Source: Phallusia mammillata
Taxonomy: Eukaryota
Direction: 5' to 3'
Length of the DNA: 64,000 nt
NCBI GenBank assembly: GCA_965637545.1
Contig: OZ281499.1
Location: forward strand, 14,322,001-14,386,000
Of this stretch, positions 17,949-33,056 are shown piece by piece; position 1 is the stretch's first letter, and each line of letters starts with the position of its first letter. A program made the translations under genes and the position numbers. The notes under the pieces are model-generated. The model ran no database searches, had not been told where the DNA came from, and saw nothing but the letters and a program-made list of their open reading frames with translations.

Positions 17949-18158
17949 TCAGCGCTTTGATCTCGCCGCACCGGCCAAGCGGCCGGCCGCGAAACGAGTG
18001 TATTTCTGCGCAAAAACGAGCGCCGCCAAGGCCCCGGGCCTGGCCTAGCCTAGCCGCCCCTTCTCGCAAAATTCTCTCCCGCCAAGTATGGGTGGCCCTG
18101 AAAAGGGCCGATTTTGTTGTTGTTGCCGCTTGTGACAAGTCCGAAAGGTGCTGGCAGC

Positions 18159-18623
<465 letters not shown>

Positions 18624-18749
18624 TCAGTTTCGAAAGGCTAAGTGCGACTGGCGCGCGCAAAACACGAGTTGTTTTTCCCTTTGCGAAAGTGTGGGTGGCC
18701 CTGAAAAGAGCCGTTTTTGTTGCGCGCGGAAAATCTACCGCGCTCCGCT

Positions 18750-19346
18750 CTACTTCTTGGTCGCCTTCTTGGCGGCAGGCTTTTTGGCCTGCTTCTTGGC
18801 TGCCGGTTTCTTCGCCTTCACAGCCGTCTTCTTGGGTGACTTCTTAGCCGCCGCAGCCGGGGCCCTTTTCGCTTGCTTGGCCGCCTTCTTGGGTGACGAC
18901 TTCTTGCCCGCCGCCGCCTTCTTGGCAGGCGCTTTTTTGGCGGCCGGCTTCTTTTTCGGGGACTTCTTCGCGTCCTTCTTGGCTGCGGCCGCCTTGGGCT
19001 TGTCCGCCTTCTTGCCGGCTGCTGCCTTGGGCTTCTTCTTCTTCTTGCCCTCGCCGGCCTGCGGCTTCACGAGCTTGAAGGAGCCGGACGCGCCGGTGCC
19101 CTTGGTGCGTGCCAACTGGCCCTTTTCGGCAAGGCGCCGCAGCGCCAGCTTGATATGGCTGTCGGCCGAGTCACCCACCTTGTAGTTGGCCTTGATGTAC
19201 TTGGCGATCGCCTGGCGCGACGAGCCGCCCCTCTCCTTCAGCTGCGCGATGGCAGCGCTGATCATCTCCTGGTATGTGGGGTGCGCCTTGGGCGCGGCCG
19301 CCTTCTTGCTGGCCTGCTTCTTTCCTGCGCTCTTCGCGTCGGACAT
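18750..19346 (-). CDS. H1: Histone H1 (unit 4)
   Basis: Same protein as unit 1. Confidence 0.97.
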   Translation of the reverse strand: MSDAKSAGKKQASKKAAAPKAHPTYQEMISAAIAQLKERGGSSRQAIAKYIKANYKVGDSADSHIKLALRRLAEKGQLARTKGTGASGSFKLVKPQAGEGKKKKKPKAAAGKKADKPKAAAAKKDAKKSPKKKPAAKKAPAKKAAAGKKSSPKKAAKQAKRAPAAAAKKSPKKTAVKAKKPAAKKQAKKPAAKKATKK

Positions 19347-20783
19347 TTTGATTTCTGCTAGTGACTGACTGACTGACTGACAAAGAAATGACGTTTGCCG
19401 GTCGAGCGGCTTCGACGCGTATTTGTACGGCGTGTCCGCACTAACGCGAAACGACGTTTCGGAAAGCCCGCCGACGGTGCGGGTGCTACTTGCTGTTTGT
19501 GCTTGAATCGCCTAAACGCGGGCCTGCCCAAGCGCGGCCCCAGGTCGCTCGGCGTCGGCCTGTGCCCTGTCGAGGAGCGTAGCGCTCAGGGCGCACGCCA
19601 GCGCAATTGCAGACCGGCACCGCGCCGCCGCGCTCCACGGGGGGCTCAGGAGCGAGGCGGCAAGGTGTGCGGTGCGCCCGGTCGAGTGCAGGCGTGGCCT
19701 TCACGCGGGCGTGGGCCCGGGTGGGACGGATTCAGGCGATTTCTCTTGTCGAAAACGCAAGTCCCAGGTGGCCCGGAGCTCGTGGCACCGGGCACTGTCC
19801 GGTGCGGTGGTGCGGGTCGAAGTGGTGGGGCCGCCAAGGCCGCGGGTTAGTACAGGTTGGGCCCGGCGCGTGCGCAGCAGGGGTCACGCCGCTGGTCGGG
19901 CCACCAGAGCGAAAGAGAGAGGGCCGAAAGTGAGACAGCACGCGTGTTTGGTTGTTTGGTTGTTTGCCTTGGCCCTTGGCCTCGCGCCCGTTGATTGCGT
20001 TTTGTCGACGCATTTGCACGGGTTCGGCTCGTCGGTGGGGCGGGTGGCGCCTGACGGTTGTCGTTAGTTCGCCGGTCGGCTTGCTGCACCACGTTTCAGT
20101 ATTTTGTTTCGCCAGTTTGCGCGGCTTTTGCGGTTCGATGCGCGCGTGGGTATTGGCAGGAGGCGAAATCGTGCGGCGCACGTAAAGCCGAGCGCGCGGT
20201 GTTGCCGCTTTGTCCATCTTTTCCTATTTCTCTGGCTTGCGGCAGGTTATGACGCACTTGTGTTCCTTTTAATGGCTGTAAAATCGTTCGCGGTCTGGGG
20301 TTTTTCCCTCGGGCTACTGGTTGAGTTTCGGTTCGGCGAGGTCGGGTCGTTTTTTTTCCGAGTGGCAGCGGAACTGAACTGGGCTGGCAACGGCGCAGTT
20401 TTGGGGGCATTGAAAACAAACAGTGTTTGCCTGTCGACTCGACTCGCGAAAAAGCGGCTAGATCGAGGGTGGTCCCAACGCTGAAGTGGCCAACACAAAA
20501 AGCAAAGTGCGCTTTGCCGTGGCGGCGGTACATTGTGCGCAACGACATTTTTTGGTTTTTGTTTTTTCTTGTTGGCACGGAGCAAAATGAGAAGGGAAAA
20601 AAAAGCAAAAAAACAGAAACGACAAGAAAGTCGGCAAAGCAGGCCTTTCGGCGCTCGCGATTGATTCTCTCCCTGAACGATCGGGTGGCTCTGAAAAGAG
20701 CCGTTTTGGTTGGCGGCGGCGGCGGCGCTCGCTGAGGATGAGGCCCCCCGCGGCGGCGCTTGCTGCTGGTGGTGGTGGCTTGC

Positions 20784-21143
20784 TTACTTGGAGCTGGTGT
20801 ACTTGGTGACGGCCTTGGTGCCTTCGGACACCGCGTGCTTGGCCAATTCGCCGGGCAGGAGCAGACGGACCGAGGTCTGGATCTCGCGGCTGCTGATGGT
20901 CGACCGCTTGTTGTAGAGCGACAGGCGCGACGCCTCGCCGGCGATGCGCTCGAACACGTCGTTGACGAACGAGTTCATGATGCCCATCGCCCGGCTCGAG
21001 ATGCCGGTGTCGGGGTGCACCTGCTTCAACACCTTGTAAATGTAGATGCTGAAGGTCTCGCGTCTGCGCTTTCGCCGCTTCTTGGTCTTGTCGGCCGGCG
21101 CGGCCTTCTTCACTGCCTTCTTGGTGCCTTTGCTAGCTGCCAT
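20784..21143 (-). CDS. H2B: Histone H2B (unit 5)
   Basis: Same protein, offset +19972. Confidence 0.97.
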   Translation of the reverse strand: MAASKGTKKAVKKAAPADKTKKRRKRRRETFSIYIYKVLKQVHPDTGISSRAMGIMNSFVNDVFERIAGEASRLSLYNKRSTISSREIQTSVRLLLPGELAKHAVSEGTKAVTKYTSSK

Positions 21144-21418
21144 GCTGCTGCTCACTGAATTTCTTTCGAAAGGAAACGAACTGAGCGGCTCTCCGGCCAC
21201 CGCGGGCATTTATAGGCGCTCCATGCAAATGAGGCGTCCGTCCTCCCGACGAGCGGCGCTCCCGGGAGCAAAAGGAAACAATGGCCCCTTGTGGTCGAGT
21301 CGTGATCCGAGCGTGATCGGAGTGCGAGAGAATTTCGACAAAGGCGAGAGCTATAAAAGGAGAAGGGCGGCGAGTGGCAGGCATTCGACCTTGTTTGGTT
21401 TGTCATTCGCTCAGCTAA

Positions 21419-21823
<405 letters not shown>

Positions 21824-22404
21824 ATCGTCGCCCCTGTCTCGTACGTGGTGCAAACCGAAAAACGGCTCTTTTCAGAGCCACCCGAATTTTTCGCAAAAGA
21901 GATTTCAAGATGGCCGCCCCCCCCCCCCGCTGCGGCCCGGGACCGTGCATTGCTCGCCCCGAACGAATGTCTTCCTTGTAGCCTTTGCCCAATTTTTGCG
22001 ATGGCAAACTATTTCGACCAATTGAAACCGCATTCCAATTTCACAACACAGCCCTACATGACGTCACTGTGCACCCTGTTGCCTTTGTCGTCGAGTTCGA
22101 CCAGGGCTCCGGCTCCGGGCGAAACGAGCCTTTAATGTGCGTCATTCATGCTCCAGCGAGCAACTGTCCTCGCGCAATTGAATTTCACCCAACGAAACGA
22201 AATGCCATTTCGAAACACGGCAAAAGAGACTAGCCGGCGGCGGCCATGTTCCTGTTTTTGCCGCGCACATCGCAGGCAAGCGTACTTACTTACGCCGTAA
22301 AAAAATGGCACGACGCGCCGGCCCCCGAAACAAGTCAAGTATCTCTTTCGCAAGGGTTTAGGTGGCTCTGAAAAGAGCCGTTTTGGTTGTTGGTGTGCCG
22401 CTTC

Positions 22405-22941
<537 letters not shown>

Positions 22942-23151
22942 TCAGCGCTTTGATCTCGCCGCACCGGCCAAGCGGCCGGCCGCGAAACGAGTGTATTTCT
23001 GCGCAAAAACGAGCGCCGCCAAGGCCCCGGGCCTGGCCTAGCCTAGCCGCCCCTTCTCGCAAAATTCTCTCCCGCCAAGTATGGGTGGCCCTGAAAAGGG
23101 CCGATTTTGTTGTTGTTGCCGCTTGTGACAAGTCCGAAAGGTGCTGGCAGC

Positions 23152-23616
<465 letters not shown>

Positions 23617-23742
23617 TCAGTTTCGAAAGGCTAAGTGCGACTGGCGCGCGCAAAACACGAGTTGTTTTTCCCTTTGCGAAAGTGTGGGTGGCCCTGAAAA
23701 GAGCCGTTTTTGTTGCGCGCGGAAAATCTACCGCGCTCCGCT

Positions 23743-24339
23743 CTACTTCTTGGTCGCCTTCTTGGCGGCAGGCTTTTTGGCCTGCTTCTTGGCTGCCGGT
23801 TTCTTCGCCTTCACAGCCGTCTTCTTGGGTGACTTCTTAGCCGCCGCAGCCGGGGCCCTTTTCGCTTGCTTGGCCGCCTTCTTGGGTGACGACTTCTTGC
23901 CCGCCGCCGCCTTCTTGGCAGGCGCTTTTTTGGCGGCCGGCTTCTTTTTCGGGGACTTCTTCGCGTCCTTCTTGGCTGCGGCCGCCTTGGGCTTGTCCGC
24001 CTTCTTGCCGGCTGCTGCCTTGGGCTTCTTCTTCTTCTTGCCCTCGCCGGCCTGCGGCTTCACGAGCTTGAAGGAGCCGGACGCGCCGGTGCCCTTGGTG
24101 CGTGCCAACTGGCCCTTTTCGGCAAGGCGCCGCAGCGCCAGCTTGATATGGCTGTCGGCCGAGTCACCCACCTTGTAGTTGGCCTTGATGTACTTGGCGA
24201 TCGCCTGGCGCGACGAGCCGCCCCTCTCCTTCAGCTGCGCGATGGCAGCGCTGATCATCTCCTGGTATGTGGGGTGCGCCTTGGGCGCGGCCGCCTTCTT
24301 GCTGGCCTGCTTCTTTCCTGCGCTCTTCGCGTCGGACAT
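23743..24339 (-). CDS. H1: Histone H1 (unit 5)
   Basis: Same protein as unit 1. Confidence 0.97.
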   Translation of the reverse strand: MSDAKSAGKKQASKKAAAPKAHPTYQEMISAAIAQLKERGGSSRQAIAKYIKANYKVGDSADSHIKLALRRLAEKGQLARTKGTGASGSFKLVKPQAGEGKKKKKPKAAAGKKADKPKAAAAKKDAKKSPKKKPAAKKAPAKKAAAGKKSSPKKAAKQAKRAPAAAAKKSPKKTAVKAKKPAAKKQAKKPAAKKATKK

Positions 24340-25776
24340 TTTGATTTCTGCTAGTGACTGACTGACTGACTGACAAAGAAATGACGTTTGCCGGTCGAGC
24401 GGCTTCGACGCGTATTTGTACGGCGTGTCCGCACTAACGCGAAACGACGTTTCGGAAAGCCCGCCGACGGTGCGGGTGCTACTTGCTGTTTGTGCTTGAA
24501 TCGCCTAAACGCGGGCCTGCCCAAGTGCGGCCCCAGGTCGCTCGGCGTCGGCCTGTGCCCTGTCGAGGAGCGTAGCGCTCAGGGCGCACGCCAGCGCAAT
24601 TGCAGACCGGCACCGCGCCGCCGCGCTCCACGGGGGGCTCAGGAGCGAGGCGGCAAGGTGTGCGGTGCGCCCGGTCGAGTGCAGGCGTGGCCTTCACGCG
24701 GGCGTGGGCCCGGGTGGGACGGATTCAGGCGATTTCTCTTGTCGAAAACGCAAGTCCCAGGTGGCCCGGAGCTCGTGGCACCGGGCACTGTCCGGTGCGG
24801 TGGTGCGGGTCGAAGTGGTGGGGCCGCCAAGGCCGCGGGTTAGTACAGGTTGGGCCCGGCGCGTGCGCAGCAGGGGTCACGCCGCTGGTCGGGCCACCAG
24901 AGCGAAAGAGAGAGGGCCGAAAGTGAGACAGCACGCGTGTTTGGTTGTTTGGTTGTTTGCCTTGGCCCTTGGCCTCGCGCCCGTTGATTGCGTTTTGTCG
25001 ACGCATTTGCACGGGTTCGGCTCGTCGGTGGGGCGGGTGGCGCCTGACGGTTGTCGTTAGTTCGCCGGTCGGCTTGCTGCACCACGTTTCAGTATTTTGT
25101 TTCGCCAGTTTGCGCGGCTTTTGCGGTTCGATGCGCGCGTGGGTATTGGCAGGAGGCGAAATCGTGCGGCGCACGTAAAGCCGAGCGCGCGGTGTTGCCG
25201 CTTTGTCCATCTTTTCCTATTTCTCTGGCTTGCGGCAGGTTATGACGCACTTGTGTTCCTTTTAATGGCTGTAAAATCGTTCGCGGTCTGGGGTTTTTCC
25301 CTCGGGCTACTGGTTGAGTTTCGGTTCGGCGAGGTCGGGTCGTTTTTTTTCCGAGTGGCAGCGGAACTGAACTGGGCTGGCAACGGCGCAGTTTTGGGGG
25401 CATTGAAAACAAACAGTGTTTGCCTGTCGACTCGACTCGCGAAAAAGCGGCTAGATCGAGGGTGGTCCCAACGCTGAAGTGGCCAACACAAAAAGCAAAG
25501 TGCGCTTTGCCGTGGCGGCGGTACATTGTGCGCAACGACATTTTTTGGTTTTTGTTTTTTCTTGTTGGCACGGAGCAAAATGAGAAGGGAAAAAAAAGCA
25601 AAAAAACAGAAACGACAAGAAAGTCGGCAAAGCAGGCCTTTCGGCGCTCGCGATTGATTCTCTCCCTGAACGATCGGGTGGCTCTGAAAAGAGCCGTTTT
25701 GGTTGGCGGCGGCGGCGGCGCTCGCTGAGGATGAGGCCCCCCGCGGCGGCGCTTGCTGCTGGTGGTGGTGGCTTGC

Positions 25777-26136
25777 TTACTTGGAGCTGGTGTACTTGGT
25801 GACGGCCTTGGTGCCTTCGGACACCGCGTGCTTGGCCAATTCGCCGGGCAGGAGCAGACGGACCGAGGTCTGGATCTCGCGGCTGCTGATGGTCGACCGC
25901 TTGTTGTAGAGCGACAGGCGCGACGCCTCGCCGGCGATGCGCTCGAACACGTCGTTGACGAACGAGTTCATGATGCCCATCGCCCGGCTCGAGATGCCGG
26001 TGTCGGGGTGCACCTGCTTCAACACCTTGTAAATGTAGATGCTGAAGGTCTCGCGTCTGCGCTTTCGCCGCTTCTTGGTCTTGTCGGCCGGCGCGGCCTT
26101 CTTCACTGCCTTCTTGGTGCCTTTGCTAGCTGCCAT
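25777..26136 (-). CDS. H2B: Histone H2B (unit 6)
   Basis: Same protein, offset +24965. Confidence 0.97.
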   Translation of the reverse strand: MAASKGTKKAVKKAAPADKTKKRRKRRRETFSIYIYKVLKQVHPDTGISSRAMGIMNSFVNDVFERIAGEASRLSLYNKRSTISSREIQTSVRLLLPGELAKHAVSEGTKAVTKYTSSK

Positions 26137-26411
26137 GCTGCTGCTCACTGAATTTCTTTCGAAAGGAAACGAACTGAGCGGCTCTCCGGCCACCGCGGGC
26201 ATTTATAGGCGCTCCATGCAAATGAGGCGTCCGTCCTCCCGACGAGCGGCGCTCCCGGGAGCAAAAGGAAACAATGGCCCCTTGTGGTCGAGTCGTGATC
26301 CGAGCGTGATCGGAGTGCGAGAGAATTTCGACAAAGGCGAGAGCTATAAAAGGAGAAGGGCGGCGAGTGGCAGGCATTCGACCTTGTTTGGTTTGTCATT
26401 CGCTCAGCTAA

Positions 26412-26816
<405 letters not shown>

Positions 26817-27397
26817 ATCGTCGCCCCTGTCTCGTACGTGGTGCAAACCGAAAAACGGCTCTTTTCAGAGCCACCCGAATTTTTCGCAAAAGAGATTTCA
26901 AGATGGCCGCCCCCCCCCCCCGCTGCGGCCCGGGACCGTGCATTGCTCGCCCCGAACGAATGTCTTCCTTGTAGCCTTTGCCCAATTTTTGCGATGGCAA
27001 ACTATTTCGACCAATTGAAACCGCATTCCAATTTCACAACACAGCCCTACATGACGTCACTGTGCACCCTGTTGCCTTTGTCGTCGAGTTCGACCAGGGC
27101 TCCGGCTCCGGGCGAAACGAGCCTTTAATGTGCGTCATTCATGCTCCAGCGAGCAACTGTCCTCGCGCAATTGAATTTCACCCAACGAAACGAAATGCCA
27201 TTTCGAAACACGGCAAAAGAGACTAGCCGGCGGCGGCCATGTTCCTGTTTTTGCCGCGCACATCGCAGGCAAGCGTACTTACTTACGCCGTAAAAAAATG
27301 GCACGACGCGCCGGCCCCCGAAACAAGTCAAGTATCTCTTTCGCAAGGGTTTAGGTGGCTCTGAAAAGAGCCGTTTTGGTTGTTGGTGTGCCGCTTC

Positions 27398-27934
<537 letters not shown>

Positions 27935-28144
27935 TCAGCGCTTTGATCTCGCCGCACCGGCCAAGCGGCCGGCCGCGAAACGAGTGTATTTCTGCGCAAA
28001 AACGAGCGCCGCCAAGGCCCCGGGCCTGGCCTAGCCTAGCCGCCCCTTCTCGCAAAATTCTCTCCCGCCAAGTATGGGTGGCCCTGAAAAGGGCCGATTT
28101 TGTTGTTGTTGCCGCTTGTGACAAGTCCGAAAGGTGCTGGCAGC

Positions 28145-28567
<423 letters not shown>

Positions 28568-28690
28568 TTACAAGGGTGGGTGGGTACAATAGGTGGGTGT
28601 TTAGCGTATCTTTCTGTATAGATTAAGAAGGGTATAAATTAGAATAGTGTGCGCGCGTAGTGTAACTTGAGGGGAATAAAGGAAAAAAAA

Positions 28691-28744
28691 ATAATAATAA
28701 TAATAAATAAATAAATAAATGAATAAATAAATAAATAAATAAAA
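28691..28744. repeat. (TAA)n/(TAAA)n microsatellite in copy 1 3' UTR
   Basis: ataataataataataaataaataaataaatgaataaataaataaataaataaaa. Confidence 0.9.
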
Positions 28745-28790
28745 GATACGAAGAAAGGTCAGATACATGGAAGTCGTACACACAGCAACG

Positions 28791-29140
28791 AAGTAAACAA
28801 AGACGATAGAAAAATAAAGAAAGGGGGAATTTTAAAGCTAGAAATAGTAGTAGCGGCGTAAAGTAAACAAAGACAATAGAAAACATACGAGGGGAAATTT
28901 AAGGATAGAAATAGTGGCTACGGCGTAAAGTAAACAAAGACAATAGAAAACTTACGAGGGGAATTTTAAAGATAGAACTAGTGGATACAGCGAAAGGTAA
29001 ACAACGACAATAGAAAACATACGATGAGATTTTAAATATAGAGATAGTAAATAGGGCGAAAAGTAAACAAACACAATAGAGATCATACAAGGGGATTTTT
29101 TTACGCAAAGAGGAATGTAAACAAAGGCGGTAGAATTCTA
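28791..29140. repeat. Imperfect ~67-bp tandem repeat (5-6 units) in copy 1 3' UTR
   Basis: Core AAGTAAACAAAGACAATAGAAAACATACGAGGGG recurs at about 28791, 28861, 28928, 28995, 29061 and, degenerate, at 29115. Confidence 0.8.
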
Positions 29141-29568
29141 ACGAAAATACGGGGATATTTTTTTAATTTAACACGAAAGGAAGAAACACAGAGGCAGTAC
29201 ATAACGAGGCTGTTTTACGTGTGCAAACAGGAGAAAAAACACATTCAATCGCAGAGAAGTGCCCAAAGGCGCAAAAATACACAAAGGCGCAAAACAACTA
29301 CACAAAGTGGAGATAGGCGTAGCATAATTTCTTGTTATACAAAGTGTTACACGCAATAGAAGGGATAAGTCTTGTTTTTATCTAAATGGGAGGACAAAAA
29401 GCCGTATGGTATATTTACACGCGGATTTGCAAAAACACGTAAAGAATAGATTTATGCAAAATGAATTTTTGGGATACGCAATATAAATACAATAAATAGT
29501 GCGTGAAACTCGTGTTGAAGCACAGTAAAGGTTCTGGGGCTTGGCGCGACAGCTAATTCTTTATTATT

Positions 29569-32500
29569 TTATATTTTTATCAAATTGATAGCTTTAACGG
29601 CGTTGGCCATGACCTCCAAGTGGATAGAGTTTGGCCTGTTCCGCTGGATAGAAAGTTTAGAGTGTAAAGAGCGGATTAGGGATCGGGCTAGGTCTTTGTC
29701 AAGTGTGGGGCTGATGGAGTGGGTTTCGGCTTTTATTTTGTTACGGGTTTTCCATATCGCATGGGAGAGGGTTGAATTCAGTAGGGATATAAGTGTGTGT
29801 TCGGATGCTGAAGGGTGGTCGGGTTTAATAAATTCATAGTGGGAGGGGGTGTCAAAGTAGGTGGTTGGATTTCCGGTTGTTTTGGTGAAGATTTTTTTTG
29901 CAAGGGTGAGGAGGCTTTGTATTTGGGGGCAGGTGTGGAAAAGGTGGTCGTAGGTTTCGAAATGGGTGTTGCAAAGGTAGCAGTTTGTGTCCTTGTCAAG
30001 AAAGAATATGGTGAATTTACAGTGTAGGGGTAGGGTTTTTTGTTTGAGTCGGTAGTTGAAGGTTTTAATGTAGTTGGGGTGAATTGGGTGGTGGATGAGG
30101 GACCAATCGGTGGGATTCGTGGGGTCGGGGTCAGGGTTGACTAATCTAGTGTAGAGTGGTTTGGATTTTGGGGATAACAGTTCGGATTGTGTTGGGTTCA
30201 GTTTTGCAAGTAGCGACAAGGTGGTCTGGTAAAAGGGGGAAGGTTTGTTTGAGTGGGGAAGGTAGTTTCTGGTGCGGAGGTTAAAAAGTCTGGAGATGGG
30301 GTGTCCAACGTGGTACTCGAGTAGGGAAAGCTGGGGTGTTGTCGGGGTATCAAAAATTCTGTGCAAGAGGTATTTCCGTAGGGGTGCAAGAAAAAAAATG
30401 TCTGTGTATAAGGGAATGTTGGCGACGTCGTAACCACCAAGGTCACGACGTGCGGATAGGGTTTTTATTGGGAGGGGAGGATTTGGGTAGGCTGAAATGA
30501 AGTCTACCACAATGCCATCGACTGTTTCTCGCTGCGTGGGTGGAAGTGGGTAGGTTCGTGCCAGGTATGAGAGTTTGGGGAGAAGCAGGGTTTTGGTTAA
30601 AATGCTCTTGGCGTCGTAGGTGAGGAAAGGGTGTTTGAGGGACGTGGAGGTTTCTTTAAGGGAGCAGATGGCGTTTCTCCATGCTGCGGTGATGGATTTG
30701 GGGTGGCCGATGGGAATGTTGAGAGGGGTGATTACAGTCGGGTTCCAGTTGATATCGGGGAGGTTTGGAGAGTTTGGGGGGCAGAGGGTAGCAATCGCCT
30801 GGGTTTTGGTGGGGTTTAGGGCTAAGCCGGTAATCAGGGTGAAACGGGATATTAATTGAAAGGATGTTTCTAGGGAATGGGAGCCGGCCACCGCAAGGGT
30901 GACGTCGTCCGCAAAGGCGATTGCTTTTGGTGTGTTTCGACAAGGGGCTGGGACAGGTGATATCGGAGGGTGGTTTTGGATGGCAGCGAGTAATGGGTCG
31001 ATGGCAATCAGGAAGAGGGTCAAGCTCAGCGGGTCGCCTTGCCGGACACCTCTCCTGATCGGGAAGCCCGTTGTGGCAAAACCATTGAGGAGGGTGTGTG
31101 AGTAAGCGGTGGTCTGCAGAGAAAGAATGTAATTGACAAAGGTAGGGGGAAAACGTTTTCGGGTAAGTTGTAATTTTAACCAGGTGTAGGAAATGGAGTC
31201 AAAGGCTTTTTGGAAGTCGAGCGAAACAAAAAAGGAATCAGAGGAACGGGATGTGGCTTCATGAAATAGGTCGCGGAGGAGGGTTGTGGCGTCGGAGGTG
31301 GTCGAATTGGGTTGTGCAAATTGGTTTTGGGAAACTATCTGGGAAAGGAAGGGTTTGATGCGGAGGTTTAGGGTTTTTTGTAGTATTTTTAGGTCGGCGT
31401 TCAGGAGGGATATGGGGCGGTAGTTTGTGAGGAGGGATGGGTTGTTCTTCTTGTGGATTAGGGTGAGGTGTCCAAGGTTGAATTCTAAAGGGGTATAGGC
31501 GTTGAGGTACGCGTAGTCCAGGGCTTGGGTGAGGTCAGCCCCGATTAGGTCCCAGTAGAGCGAGTAAAACTCGATACTGAGACCGTCGGGACCCGGGGTT
31601 TTGCCGTTTGGGAAAAGGGATATGGTATTTTTTATTTCGCTTTTCGATAATGGTTGGGATAGGGATTGGGTTTGGTCTTCCGGTATGGGGTTGAGTGGTT
31701 GTTTCAAAAAGATATTGTCCGGGGGTGGGATAGGTTTGTTTTGGTCCGAGTAGAGGTCTGTGAAAAAGCGGTGAGTATGGGAAAGCATTTCCTTGGGTGT
31801 GGTTAGGGGAAGTCCAAGGTCGTTTTCCAGTTCGGTTATCGGGGGGTGTCGTTTGGAGGGGAGGAGTTGTGAGTAAAGGGTTTTGTCTGCCATGTGTTTG
31901 AAATGGGGGTCAGAAGCGAGGGATTTAATTAGATGGGATCGGGCGGTGTCGAGGTGGAGAGTTGCGAGGGATTTTTTTACAGCAAGGAAGGTTTTGTAGT
32001 TTTCAGAGGAAGGGTCGTCGTTGAGGGTTTGCCGAAGGGTGTTAAGTTGGGTCTGGAGGTTGTGGGTATGGGTACGCTGTTCTTGGGCAATTCGTTTTGA
32101 GTGGGTTTGGATAAGTTTTTTGAATTTTACTTTAAGGGTCAACCAGAAGTCCAAGGGATTGGGGTGGAATGGGGCAAGGGTTTTCCATACGGGGTAAAGT
32201 TGTCGGAGGTGTTTTTGGAAGTGAGGATCGTGAAGGGTGTTGACGTTGTTTTTCCAAGTGCCTCTGCCCCTGGGTGGGGCAGAGACTAGGTTCAGGGTAA
32301 GGATTACAAGGTCGTGGTCTGAAAGGGATGTTGGGAGGAAGGTGTGTTGTTTTGGGGTGAGGGCTGGAGATATGTAAATGCGGTCGATTCGGGATTGGGT
32401 GTTAGGTGCTCGACGGGTGAATTGGCGTAGGGTGGGGTGGAGTAACCGAAAAGAGTCCTGCAGGTGAAAGGTTGCTAGAAGGTTCTGTAGTGTTTTATTA

Positions 32501-33009
32501 GGAGGGTGGGTATGGCTGGGGGGATATCTGTCAAGAGAGGGGTTTTCTACACAGTTGAAGTCGCCGGTTAGGATGATAGGGTGGGGTGAATTAATGTAAG
32601 GGTATAGTGAGTCGAAAAAGGTGTTGCGGGCTTGATGACTTTTACTGCCGGAGGGTGCATAAATGTTTACGATATGGATGGTGTGGGTTCGGGTAGATAT
32701 GTCGGTCGTAATAATACGACCGGTGGAGTCAGAAATAGAATTTAGAATGGAAATACTAGAGGAGTTTAGAAGAACTGCGACACCGCCGCTGGCTGAGCCT
32801 TTGTGCGGTGCCGAGTTTAAGAGGATGGGGCCGGAAGTCCATTCGGACTTCCACAGGGATTCGGTTTGGGGGGTAGAGTGGGTTTCTTGGAGGCAAAAAA
32901 GGTCAAAGTTTAAAGAGGACAGATGACGGAACAGGGCGTGGCGTTTGGAGGCCTGGCCTATGCCGTTTACATTCAGCGTACAGATTTTTAGATAACTGGT
33001 CGGCGCCAT
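29569..33009 (-). CDS. ORF2 of copy 1: AP-like endonuclease, reverse transcriptase and C-terminal CCHC zinc finger (1146 aa from ATG)
   Basis: APE motifs TLNVNG, LQETH, NIYAP, GDFN, RIDR, SDH. RT motifs KTPGPDGL, YRPISLLN, DFQKAFD, GVRQGDPLS, FADD. Zinc finger CYLC...HLFHTC. First ATG (MAPTSYLK) at 33009. Confidence 0.96.
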   Translation of the reverse strand: MAPTSYLKICTLNVNGIGQASKRHALFRHLSSLNFDLFCLQETHSTPQTESLWKSEWTSGPILLNSAPHKGSASGGVAVLLNSSSISILNSISDSTGRIITTDISTRTHTIHIVNIYAPSGSKSHQARNTFFDSLYPYINSPHPIILTGDFNCVENPSLDRYPPSHTHPPNKTLQNLLATFHLQDSFRLLHPTLRQFTRRAPNTQSRIDRIYISPALTPKQHTFLPTSLSDHDLVILTLNLVSAPPRGRGTWKNNVNTLHDPHFQKHLRQLYPVWKTLAPFHPNPLDFWLTLKVKFKKLIQTHSKRIAQEQRTHTHNLQTQLNTLRQTLNDDPSSENYKTFLAVKKSLATLHLDTARSHLIKSLASDPHFKHMADKTLYSQLLPSKRHPPITELENDLGLPLTTPKEMLSHTHRFFTDLYSDQNKPIPPPDNIFLKQPLNPIPEDQTQSLSQPLSKSEIKNTISLFPNGKTPGPDGLSIEFYSLYWDLIGADLTQALDYAYLNAYTPLEFNLGHLTLIHKKNNPSLLTNYRPISLLNADLKILQKTLNLRIKPFLSQIVSQNQFAQPNSTTSDATTLLRDLFHEATSRSSDSFFVSLDFQKAFDSISYTWLKLQLTRKRFPPTFVNYILSLQTTAYSHTLLNGFATTGFPIRRGVRQGDPLSLTLFLIAIDPLLAAIQNHPPISPVPAPCRNTPKAIAFADDVTLAVAGSHSLETSFQLISRFTLITGLALNPTKTQAIATLCPPNSPNLPDINWNPTVITPLNIPIGHPKSITAAWRNAICSLKETSTSLKHPFLTYDAKSILTKTLLLPKLSYLARTYPLPPTQRETVDGIVVDFISAYPNPPLPIKTLSARRDLGGYDVANIPLYTDIFFLAPLRKYLLHRIFDTPTTPQLSLLEYHVGHPISRLFNLRTRNYLPHSNKPSPFYQTTLSLLAKLNPTQSELLSPKSKPLYTRLVNPDPDPTNPTDWSLIHHPIHPNYIKTFNYRLKQKTLPLHCKFTIFFLDKDTNCYLCNTHFETYDHLFHTCPQIQSLLTLAKKIFTKTTGNPTTYFDTPSHYEFIKPDHPSASEHTLISLLNSTLSHAIWKTRNKIKAETHSISPTLDKDLARSLIRSLHSKLSIQRNRPNSIHLEVMANAVKAINLIKI

Positions 33010-33056
33010 TTTAACGTTTGAATGAAAAGGGGAACAATAAGGTAACACAGTTTTTT

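Noticed and set aside
28791-29140. CRISPR-like repeat-spacer appearance of the 67-bp and 90-bp repeats
   Set aside because: Whole units are homologous with no unique spacers, the context is eukaryotic, and there are no cas genes.
29585-32926. Short ORFs overlapping ORF2 on either strand (and in copy 2)
   Set aside because: Shadow frames caused by the strong compositional skew of ORF2.
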